Of a stretch of 64,000 nucleotides of DNA, positions 1 through 7,075 are shown one piece after another. The position numbers were made by a program, and so were the translations under genes. Source of the DNA: an uncultured Holophagales bacterium. GTDB lineage: Bacteria > Acidobacteriota > Thermoanaerobaculia > Multivoradales > UBA5704. The notes under the pieces are model-generated. The model saw only the letters and a list, made by a program, of their open reading frames with translations. It had not been told where the DNA came from and did not search any database. The DNA is taken from contig CAWJGT010000003.1 of the NCBI GenBank assembly GCA_963842525.1, positions 1,312,001 to 1,376,000 of the forward strand, written 5' to 3'. The first letter of the stretch is position 1. Each line of letters starts with the position of its first letter.

Positions 1-1
1 G

Positions 2-592
2 ACGGCCATCGAGGCGGGCGCGGACGGCCTCGTCCACATTTTCGTGGACCAGGAGCCGGAGCCGGGCTTCGCGCGCCTGCTGGCCAAGCGGAGGGCTTTC
101 GTGGTGCCGACTCTTTCGGTCTCCGAGAGCACAACGGGAGTGGCGAGCGGCCAGTGGTTGGCGGACGATCCGCGCCTTGCGCCGTACCTCACGCCCGAGG
201 AGACGGCGAACCTTCGCCGGGCGTTTACCGCGCGGCCGGATGCGCCGAACCGGCTGGAGCACGCCTTCGCGGCGGTCCGGCAGCTCCGGGCGGCCCGCGT
301 GCTGATCCTCGCCGGGAGCGACGCGCCCAACCCGGGCACCGCCCACGGCGCCAGCATGCATCGCGAAATGGAGCTGCTGGTCGAGGCCGGCCTCAAGCCC
401 GTCGAGGCGCTGGCGGCGGCGACCTCCGCTCCGGCCCAGGCTTTCGGCCTCACCGACCGCGGCCGCATCGCCCGGGGCCTCCGGGCCGACCTGGTCCTGG
501 TGCAAGGCAATCCAGGCCTGGACATCACCGCCACGCGGGACATCCTCCGCATCTGGAAAGGCGGCCAGCCCGTCGAGCGGCCGGAGATCTAG
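2..592 (+). CDS. Amidohydrolase family protein (5' partial)
   Basis: Frame is open from the window edge (TAIEAGADGLVHIF). Motifs ILAGSDAP, HREMELLVEAG, AATSAPA and GRIARGLRADLVLV are typical of the amidohydrolase C-terminal half. Confidence 0.85.
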   Translation, partial: TAIEAGADGLVHIFVDQEPEPGFARLLAKRRAFVVPTLSVSESTTGVASGQWLADDPRLAPYLTPEETANLRRAFTARPDAPNRLEHAFAAVRQLRAARVLILAGSDAPNPGTAHGASMHREMELLVEAGLKPVEALAAATSAPAQAFGLTDRGRIARGLRADLVLVQGNPGLDITATRDILRIWKGGQPVERPEI

Positions 593-1719
593 ACGGTCGC
601 GGCTTCCGCGATCCCCAGATCCTCGTAAACCGCATCCAGCACCGCCCGGACCCGCCGCTCGTGGGCGTCGTTGTCCGGGGTGCCGTTGAAGACCAGGGCG
701 ACGGCGAGGCCGTGCTCAGGGTCCGCGAATCCAGTGGAGGAGCGGTAGCCGCTGTGGCCGAAAGCGCGCGGCGAGGCGTGGTGGCCGTAGCCGTAGGGGA
801 CGGTCTCCGCGCCGTAGCGGGCAGAATTGACGATGAAGCCGAGGCCCCAGTCCAGAATGTGCTTGAAGGTGGCGTCCATCATCCCGACCCGCTGGGGCGT
901 GGTGAAGGCCTCGACGGTCTGCGGCAGGAGGACGCGCCGGTTCCGGTACACCCCGCGGCCGAGGAGCATCTCGTAGAAGCGGCCGAGCTCGTGCATCGGG
1001 CCGTAGCCGTTCCCCCCGGGGCTCGGGTTGACGCAGCGCTCCTCGGTGTCCCAGCCGTGCGGCTCCGGCGGGCTCGCCTCGGTGTTCCACATGTCGCCGA
1101 TGCGGCCTTCCTGTGTATAAGCCTGAAAGCGGTCCGGCGGCATGCCGACCCAGGAGTCGCGCATGTCCAGGGGGCCGAAAATCTCCTCGCGGACATAGTG
1201 TTCGAAGGGGCGGCCGTCGACCCGGCGGACCACCTCGCCGAGGATGAACCAGCTCGAGGCGGTGTGATAGCCGGCCTTGGCGCCGGGGACCCAGCGGGGC
1301 TCGGGCTTCATGGCAGAGAGGCGGGCGATGATCTCGTCCCAGCTCTTCTGCGGCCAGCCCGTATCGAGCATGCGGATGCCGGCGGTGTGGGTGAGGATGT
1401 GGCGGAGGGTGATCCCCTCCTTGCCCTTCTGCCCGAATTCCGGGATGTGCCGGGCCACGGGATCGTCGAGCTCCAGCCGCCCGCGCTCCCAGAGCTGCGC
1501 GATGGCCACGGCACCCACCGGCTTGGTGGAGGAGAGCCAGAGCATCAGGTGATCCGGGGTGAGCGGCGTCCCGGGCCGGTCCTCGCCGACGGCGGCATCC
1601 ACCACCGGCTCGCCCCGCCGGGAGACATAGATCTGCGTGCCGAGGTGGAGCCCGTCGCGGATCCCCGCGTCGATCGCCTCCCGGGTGCGGGGGAGGCGGT
1701 CCATGGAGTTGGCGTCCAT
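589..1719 (-). CDS. Serine hydrolase, beta-lactamase class C-like family
   Basis: SxxK motif (SSTK), ITLRHILTHTAG, AGYH and FGHSG motifs. Confidence 0.9.
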   Translation of the reverse strand: MDANSMDRLPRTREAIDAGIRDGLHLGTQIYVSRRGEPVVDAAVGEDRPGTPLTPDHLMLWLSSTKPVGAVAIAQLWERGRLELDDPVARHIPEFGQKGKEGITLRHILTHTAGIRMLDTGWPQKSWDEIIARLSAMKPEPRWVPGAKAGYHTASSWFILGEVVRRVDGRPFEHYVREEIFGPLDMRDSWVGMPPDRFQAYTQEGRIGDMWNTEASPPEPHGWDTEERCVNPSPGGNGYGPMHELGRFYEMLLGRGVYRNRRVLLPQTVEAFTTPQRVGMMDATFKHILDWGLGFIVNSARYGAETVPYGYGHHASPRAFGHSGYRSSTGFADPEHGLAVALVFNGTPDNDAHERRVRAVLDAVYEDLGIAEAATV

Positions 1720-1746
1720 ACGGGTGGGGATTGTAAACTACGGGCC

Positions 1747-1953
1747 ATGGCCAATCCTCTCCGCGACCAGACCCTGATCGAGAAGCTTCAAACCCTTCCG
1801 CCGGACAAGGTTGCTGAGGTCGAGGATTTCATCGACTTCTTGCGATCCCGGGATGATGAGCGGCTTCTTACCCAGACTGCCGCCCGGCTGTCCGAAGGTG
1901 CTCTGCGGAAGGTTTGGGACAATGCGGATGACGCCGAGTATGACCGACTATAG
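1747..1953 (+). CDS. Putative antitoxin, DUF2281-like
   Basis: 68 aa MANPLRDQTLIEKLQTLPPDKVAEVEDFIDFL...WDNADDAEYDRL; overlaps the downstream PemK/MazF gene. Confidence 0.8.
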   Translation: MANPLRDQTLIEKLQTLPPDKVAEVEDFIDFLRSRDDERLLTQTAARLSEGALRKVWDNADDAEYDRL

Positions 1954-2395
1954 ATTCGGCGACGTCGTCCTCGTTCCCTTTCCCTTCACCGACCAATCAG
2001 ACGCAAAAAGGCGACCGGCCGTCGCCGTCAGCTCCAACGCATACCATGATCAACGTCTGGACCTGATCCTCATGGCGATCACGAGCCAGATCCGGTCGCC
2101 GCTGGGATTTGGTGAGTCACTCGTCACCCATTGGCAGGAAGCGGGGCTTTTGAAGCCCTCCGTCCTGAAACCTGTGCTCTTTACGCTGGACAAGGCCCTT
2201 GTCGTGCGCAAGCTGGGGAGTCTCTCCGGGCAGGACGCCGGCATACTGCAACAGAGCTTGGCGACGATCCTGGGAGGCTCGGAGGCAAACCCCTCCGCCC
2301 AGGAGATATCGGAGCCCGTAGACACACCGGAGGCAGACCCTCCGTCCCTCTCCACCGAGATGAGGGAGAGGGACGGAGGCAACGATGATCAGTGA
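1940..2395 (+). CDS. PemK/MazF family type II toxin, with acidic C-terminal extension
   Basis: MTDYRFGDVVLVPFPFTDQSDAKRRPAVAVS and MAITSQ motifs; ATG at 1940 overlaps the antitoxin end. Confidence 0.88.
   Translation: MTDYRFGDVVLVPFPFTDQSDAKRRPAVAVSSNAYHDQRLDLILMAITSQIRSPLGFGESLVTHWQEAGLLKPSVLKPVLFTLDKALVVRKLGSLSGQDAGILQQSLATILGGSEANPSAQEISEPVDTPEADPPSLSTEMRERDGGNDDQ
2339..2379. other. Perfect 15-bp stem-loop inside the 3' extension of the mazF-like ORF
   Basis: CCTCCGTCCCTCTCC-N11-GGAGAGGGACGGAGG. Confidence 0.7.
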
Positions 2396-2697
2396 CCGTC
2401 GGCAATGCCAGAACGAAGTCAGAACACATCCGTCCCGCCGCACTGACTGACATTGCTCGCGAAGCAGAGCTCGCGGCCGGCAAAACGGCGGTCCGGGCCG
2501 TGATAGACGCGGCGCAAACGAGACGGTTTCATCGACAGCCCCTTTGCGCCCTCCGGGATGTCCAGGAGAGACTTCAAGAGATGGAGGTCATTCTACTCTC
2601 GCGGGCGGATTGGGGCCGCTCTTGGCGCGATCCGGCCCGGAAAACGCCTCGCCGCCGCCGAAACCCCGCCTCCCCGCCTCGGAATCCGGGTCGCCTC

Positions 2698-2972
2698 CTG
2701 ACCGAGGGCAGCGGCTGCCCAACGTTAACGCCCTCGCCGTTAGCGAAGGGCAGTGGCTGCCCAACCTTGACGAGTCACCTCTTAACGAAGGGCAGTGACT
2801 GCCCAACCTTAACGGGTCACCCCGTAACGAAGGGCAGTGACTGCCCAACCTTAACGGGTCGCCCCGTAACAAAGGGCAGTGACTGCCCAACCTTAACGGG
2901 TTGCCCCGTAACGAAGGGCAGCGACTGCCCAACCTTAACGGCCTCGCTCTTAACAATGGGCAGCGACTGCCC
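2698..2972. repeat. Tandem array of seven 42-bp units with internal palindromes
   Basis: GGGCAG(T/C)G(A/G)CTGCCC starts at 2706, 2748, 2790, 2832, 2874, 2916 and 2958. The linkers often form a second hairpin (ACGGGtcacCCCGT). Confidence 0.92.
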
Positions 2973-3086
2973 CTGGTACCGCGGACACCTGCAAGCCGGG
3001 GCGGGGATCCCCGAGCCCTGAAGGGGCGCCGGAGTGGCCGCGGGGTGATAACCCGGGGGGGCTGGGGGAAGCGCCCCTTGTGGGCG

Positions 3087-3308
3087 CCGGAACGTAGCCC
3101 CGGGTTTCAACCCGGGGTGCGGAGGCGCCACCAATCCATCCTGAGCCCCTTCCAGGGGCCATGGCGCGGACGGGGACGGAACGCCGGCGGTGTGGTTTCC
3201 CGCGACGGCGGGCCGTCCGCCACCCGCCCTCGCCGACTCCCCTGAAGGGGCTCGAAAAACGAAATCGGGCCTCGCGACCCCGGGTTGAACCCCGGGGCTA
3301 CGTTCCGG
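3087..3308. repeat. GTAG-type REP inverted doublet
   Basis: CCGGAACGTAGCCCCGGGTTTCAACCCGGGG (3087-3117) and its inverted copy at 3278-3308 with 1 mismatch; CCCTGAAGGGG hairpins lie between and beside them. Confidence 0.85.
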
Positions 3309-3360
3309 TGTGATCTGGGCCATGGTGCACCGTTTTCACCAACTGGTGTACGATCGTGCC

Positions 3361-3615
3361 ATGCGGCGGGCCACGATCACGATCCCGGACGACCTCGAGG
3401 CCGATCTGGCCTCCTACTTGGAGGCGCAAGATGCTGCGCCGAGCCTCACCAGCGTGGTGGAGGCCGCGCTCCGGCGTTATCTCCAAGAAAAGCGGCTTGA
3501 GACGCGGCAGTACCAGCCCCCCCGCGGCCCTCTCCAGATCACGCCCGCGGAGACGGGGAGCGGCACCTCCGATGTCAGCCGCAACCACGACCGCTATCTC
3601 TCTGAGAAGCGGTGA
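3361..3615 (+). CDS. CopG/ribbon-helix-helix antitoxin (VapB-like)
   Basis: MRRATITIPDDLEADL...SVVEAALRRYL RHH pattern; SGTSDVSRNHDRYL tail typical of VapB-type partners. Confidence 0.8.
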   Translation: MRRATITIPDDLEADLASYLEAQDAAPSLTSVVEAALRRYLQEKRLETRQYQPPRGPLQITPAETGSGTSDVSRNHDRYLSEKR

Positions 3616-3689
3616 GATCCGCCCTGCAGCTACCGGTTTGGACGTTTGACCATCAATTCGACGTCATGCACGTGATGGTCTGGCATTAG
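3612..3689 (+). pseudogene. Internally deleted PIN (VapC-like) toxin remnant
   Basis: GTGA-coupled 25-codon ORF VRSALQLPVWTFDHQFDVMHVMVWH; VWTFDHQF resembles the terminal T-x-D-x-x-F motif of PIN domains. Confidence 0.6.
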
Positions 3690-3729
3690 CATTCTAGCGG
3701 CCGTGCGGGTCTTCGCCTAGGCTGATGCC

Positions 3730-4908
3730 GTGCGACCTGAGAACGAGCTGGTCCAGGAGATCGATCGCCCGCCCGGCGTCCATGCGGTGGCGCTGTGGCT
3801 GATCGGTCTCGGCCTGCTGATCGGGCTGCTCGAAATGGCCCGCCTCAGCTTCGGGCTCTGGGCGCAGGGGCGCCCGGTCCTCTGGGGAGTGGTCGCGGCC
3901 AGCACGCTCCCTTACTGGGTGACGCTCGGTCTTGCCCTGGCGGTGCTCGTTCGCACCGTCCGCTGGTTCCCGCTGCGGCGCGGACACTGGCGGCGGTCCA
4001 TCCCCTTTCACCTCACCGTGGCCGTGCTGTTCTCGGCCTGCCATGCCGTGGGCGCAGGCATGCTCGCCGACCTCCTCTACGCGGGCCGGGTGATCTCGGT
4101 CTCGGCGCATCTGTGGAAGGTGCTTCAGCTCATCCCGGTCATCGGCTTCTTCAGCTATGCCGCGGTGGTGGCTGCCGTGGCAGCTATCGACTCCCATCAA
4201 CGGTTCCTCGAACGCGAGCGCGCCGCGGCGCGCTATGCCCTGCGCGCCGCCGATCTCGAGGCGAGCCTGGCCCAGGCCCGGCTCGAGGCCTTGCGCGTGC
4301 AGCTCAACCCCCACTTCCTTTTCAACACCCTCAACGCCGCCTCGGTCCTGGCTCTCAAGGGGGAGGGGAAGAAGGTGGTCGCCATGCTCGTGCGGCTGAG
4401 CGACTTCCTGCGGATCGTCCTGGAGCACTCCGACCAGGTGGTACCCCTGGCCGAGGAGCTCGACCTGCTCTCCCACTATCTGGAGATCGAGCGGGTCCGC
4501 TTCGAGGACCGCCTGGACCTGCGTTTCGACGTCGCCCAGGAAGCTCTCGGCGTCGAGGTGCCGAGCCTGGTGCTCCAGCCCCTGGCCGAGAACGCCATCC
4601 GCCACGGCATCGCGCGCATACCCGGCCCCGGCCATCTGGAGATCCGGGCGCGGCTGGCCGGCGAACGGCTGGTCCTTGAGGTGCTCGACAGCGGCCCGGG
4701 TCTCGAGGCCGCCGATCCTCCTTCCGAGGGCGTCGGCCTCGCCAACACGCGGGCGCGCCTGGAGCAGATCTACGGCGGCGCGGCGGCCCTGGAGCTGTCG
4801 TCGGCGCCCGGCGGCGGCGGTCTCATCCGGCTGACGCTGCCCCTCCGGCCGGCGGCGGCCGGCGGCGGCGATCGAGAGGAGGCGATGGCGGATGCCGGAC
4901 CGCACTGA
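3730..4908 (+). CDS. LytS-family membrane sensor histidine kinase
   Basis: About 4 N-terminal TM segments; QLNPHFLFNTLN, LQPLAENAIRHG, DSGPG and GVGLANTRARL motifs. Confidence 0.93.
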   Translation: MRPENELVQEIDRPPGVHAVALWLIGLGLLIGLLEMARLSFGLWAQGRPVLWGVVAASTLPYWVTLGLALAVLVRTVRWFPLRRGHWRRSIPFHLTVAVLFSACHAVGAGMLADLLYAGRVISVSAHLWKVLQLIPVIGFFSYAAVVAAVAAIDSHQRFLERERAAARYALRAADLEASLAQARLEALRVQLNPHFLFNTLNAASVLALKGEGKKVVAMLVRLSDFLRIVLEHSDQVVPLAEELDLLSHYLEIERVRFEDRLDLRFDVAQEALGVEVPSLVLQPLAENAIRHGIARIPGPGHLEIRARLAGERLVLEVLDSGPGLEAADPPSEGVGLANTRARLEQIYGGAAALELSSAPGGGGLIRLTLPLRPAAAGGGDREEAMADAGPH

Positions 4909-5677
4909 AGGCGTGATCCGCGTCCTGCTGGTCGACGACGAGCCGCTGGCGCGCGAAGGGCTGCGGCTTCACCTCGCCGGCGAGCCGGACGTCGAGATCG
5001 TCGGCGAGTGCGGCGACGGCGAGGAGGCGGTGCGGGCCCTGCGCGAGCTGGCCCCGGACCTGGTCTTCCTCGATATCCAGCTCCCCGGATTGAACGGCCT
5101 CGAGGTGCTCGACCGGTTGGCGGGCCGGCTGCCGGCGTTGGTCTTCGTCACCGCCTACGACCGCTATGCGATCGCCGCCTTCGAGCGCCATGCCCTCGAC
5201 TACCTGCTGAAGCCGTTCGATGCGCCGCGCCTGGCCCGCACGCTCGCCCGCGTGCGGGGGGAGCTGGCGCGCCGGGACCGCGACGCGATTGGCAAGGAGG
5301 TTCTGGCGACATTGCGCGAGCTCCGCCGGGAACCGCCGCGCTACCTCGAGCGCCTCGCCGTGCGCACGACGGGGCGCTACATCTTCCTCCGCGTGGACGA
5401 GGTCGACTGGATCGAGGCGGCGGAGAACTACGTCCGGGTCCATGCTGCCGGCCGCGGCCATCTGATGAGGGAGACGATGAGCGGGATGGAAGGCAAGCTC
5501 GACCCGGCGCGCTTTCTGCGCATCCACCGTTCCGCCATCGTCAACGTCGACCGCATCCGGACCATCGAAGCCCTCGACAACGGCGAGCTCGCGGTCGTCC
5601 TTGGGGACGGCACCCGCCTCCCGACCAGCCGCAGCTATCGTGCCGCGATCGAAGAGCTGATCCGCCGCTCGCACTGA
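4892..5677 (+). CDS. LytTR-family response regulator
   Basis: VDDEPLAR, VFLDIQLPGLNG, FVTAYD, DYLLKPF and FLRIHRSAIVN motifs. Start may be the GTG at 4913. Confidence 0.95.
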   Translation: MPDRTEGVIRVLLVDDEPLAREGLRLHLAGEPDVEIVGECGDGEEAVRALRELAPDLVFLDIQLPGLNGLEVLDRLAGRLPALVFVTAYDRYAIAAFERHALDYLLKPFDAPRLARTLARVRGELARRDRDAIGKEVLATLRELRREPPRYLERLAVRTTGRYIFLRVDEVDWIEAAENYVRVHAAGRGHLMRETMSGMEGKLDPARFLRIHRSAIVNVDRIRTIEALDNGELAVVLGDGTRLPTSRSYRAAIEELIRRSH

Positions 5678-5690
5678 CGCCCCGCCGCAG

Positions 5691-5741
5691 TCGTCCCACC
5701 GTTGTGTGGGCTCGTCACATCGTTGCGGTCATCCGTCCCAA
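5691..5741 (+). promoter_or_regulatory. Putative LytTR binding site: three direct repeats at exact 21-bp period
   Basis: TCGTCCCAC at 5691, TCGTCACAT at 5712 and CCGTCCCAA at 5733, directly downstream of the LytTR gene. Confidence 0.7.
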
Positions 5742-5806
5742 CGGCGTTGACCCCGGCTGCCCGGCCGGCGCCCAATGACGGTGTGAGACTTGGAAAGGAG
5801 AGAATC

Positions 5807-6032
5807 ATGAGGACAGTCCGAAAGCTTGCCGTTGTGATGCTGGTCTGTAGCGCATGCCTTCTTGCCACGTCGGATATTGCGTCCGCGCAAGGGCGGCGAC
5901 GCAGCACCCTACTGTGAAGTTTGGTTCGACTTTAACTGGGCCTTCTGCCTTGCTGGCTGCGAGACGCAGCCCGGCTGCGATTGCGTCATGGCTACCGCTT
6001 TCTGGTCCAAATGTTGCTGTAGCGTAGATTAG
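5807..6032 (+). CDS. Small secreted cysteine-rich protein, apparently frameshifted by one extra G at 5891-5893
   Basis: RBS AAGGAG and a signal-like MRTVRKLAVVMLVCSACLLATSDIASA. Removing one G gives QGGDAAPYCEVWFDFNWAFCLAGCETQPGCDCVMATAFWSKCCCSVD with TAG at 6030-6032. Confidence 0.62.
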
Positions 6033-6071
6033 TACCTCGTCACAGTCCGAGTGACGGATAGCCCTCCGGAA

Positions 6072-6096
6072 GGGCACCCACAAGGGGCGCCCCTAC
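6072..6096 (-). repeat. GTAG-type REP element
   Basis: Minus strand reads GTAGGGGCGCCCCTTGTGGGTGCCC; a related core GCGCCCCTTGTGGGCGCC is at 3071. Confidence 0.7.
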
Positions 6097-6119
6097 AGAG
6101 GGAGGATCCATCTTTTCAG

Positions 6120-6249
6120 ACGGCCGGCCTTTCTGGTTGGCATTGCCGACGAGCCCGCGGCCGGCCACCAGCTCCGCGCGCTCCTTCGGGTCCATCGGCC
6201 CCCGCTTGGCCCGCTTGATCCAGATTGCGCGGAGGCGTCCAGCCGTCAC
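6120..6249 (-). pseudogene. Truncated MOSC-domain protein (N-terminal ~42 codons only)
   Basis: GTGA-coupled to the upstream gene. VTAGRLRAIWIKRAKRGPMDPKERAELVAGRGLVGNANQKGR matches the MOSC N-terminus, then the frame runs into the REP. Confidence 0.65.
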
Positions 6250-6980
6250 GGCGCTGTGAACACCGTATCCGGCAGCGTGTCCAGGACCGCGATGTCGCCC
6301 AGCTCCAGCTTGCGGTCGCCGCCGACCTGGGAGCGCGTGGGGGCGAGCATGATCTTGCCGTGCTTCTGCCAGCCTTCCCATTTCCAGGCGGTCGGCTCGG
6401 AGCCGGGGGCCTGGTCCTGGAGGACGTAGGCCCAGCGGTCCATCAGGTGGGTGTCGCGGTTGATCCAGGCCCAGTACTGGTCCTTCGGCGTGAGGCCGAC
6501 GTTGCCGAAGGTGAGGTGGAGCTTGTCGTACGTCTTGCCGTCGATCTGCTCGGAGCCGGCGTATGCGAGGTTCACGCCGGGGTCGCGCAGCTTGTAGGGC
6601 ATGAGCAGCCAGTAGGTGTCGTTGATCCAGGCGCCATAAGCGCGGTCGAGCCACTCCTTGGCCGCGTCGCCTTCGAGCTTCTGGCCGTCGAGCCAGGCTT
6701 CCCCCAGCCGGGTGTTGAGGTTGTGCAGCACGACGTACTTCTTGCCGTCCTGGGCCTGCCCCTCGATCCGGTGGCGGCCGGTCCATTTGTCCCAGTTGTG
6801 GGTGCGCCGGCCGGCGAAGCTGAAGCGGAGGAACCGGGTCTGGTCCCAGGCCTCCTTGCCGCCGAGCGCCTGCATCACCTGGTCGGCGACGGACTCGGGG
6901 GTGGGGTTGGACTGGGCGGCGAGGTTGGCAACGAAGAGAGCGGCGATCGCGAAGAATGGGAGGATGCGTCGACGGAGCAT
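6246..6980 (-). CDS. Secreted hypothetical protein (Trp-rich, beta-rich, LolA-like character)
   Basis: Signal peptide, then VMQALGGKEAW and WINDTYWLLMPYKLRDPGV; strong GC3 codon bias. Confidence 0.8.
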   Translation of the reverse strand: MLRRRILPFFAIAALFVANLAAQSNPTPESVADQVMQALGGKEAWDQTRFLRFSFAGRRTHNWDKWTGRHRIEGQAQDGKKYVVLHNLNTRLGEAWLDGQKLEGDAAKEWLDRAYGAWINDTYWLLMPYKLRDPGVNLAYAGSEQIDGKTYDKLHLTFGNVGLTPKDQYWAWINRDTHLMDRWAYVLQDQAPGSEPTAWKWEGWQKHGKIMLAPTRSQVGGDRKLELGDIAVLDTLPDTVFTAP

Positions 6981-7075
6981 GGGGTGGCCTCCTTTTCAGG
7001 CAGCGCGGACATCCTACACCACCCCTCCGGGCACGGCATCCGCAGGTATAGTCCCACCTGAGGGAGGGCCGCGAG

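Noticed and set aside
154-1953. 599-aa plus-strand ORF
   Set aside because: Mostly the antisense shadow of the serine hydrolase; only the last 68 aa (antitoxin) look real.
2419-2532. Short minus-strand ORF (MKPSRL...) possibly a decayed small secreted peptide gene
   Set aside because: Several assumed frameshifts are needed to build a plausible product.
2392-3021. 209-aa ORF with TKGSDCPTLT repeats as a RiPP precursor
   Set aside because: The repeat is explained by a DNA-level palindromic 42-bp array that is open on both strands; there is no leader and no modifying enzyme nearby.
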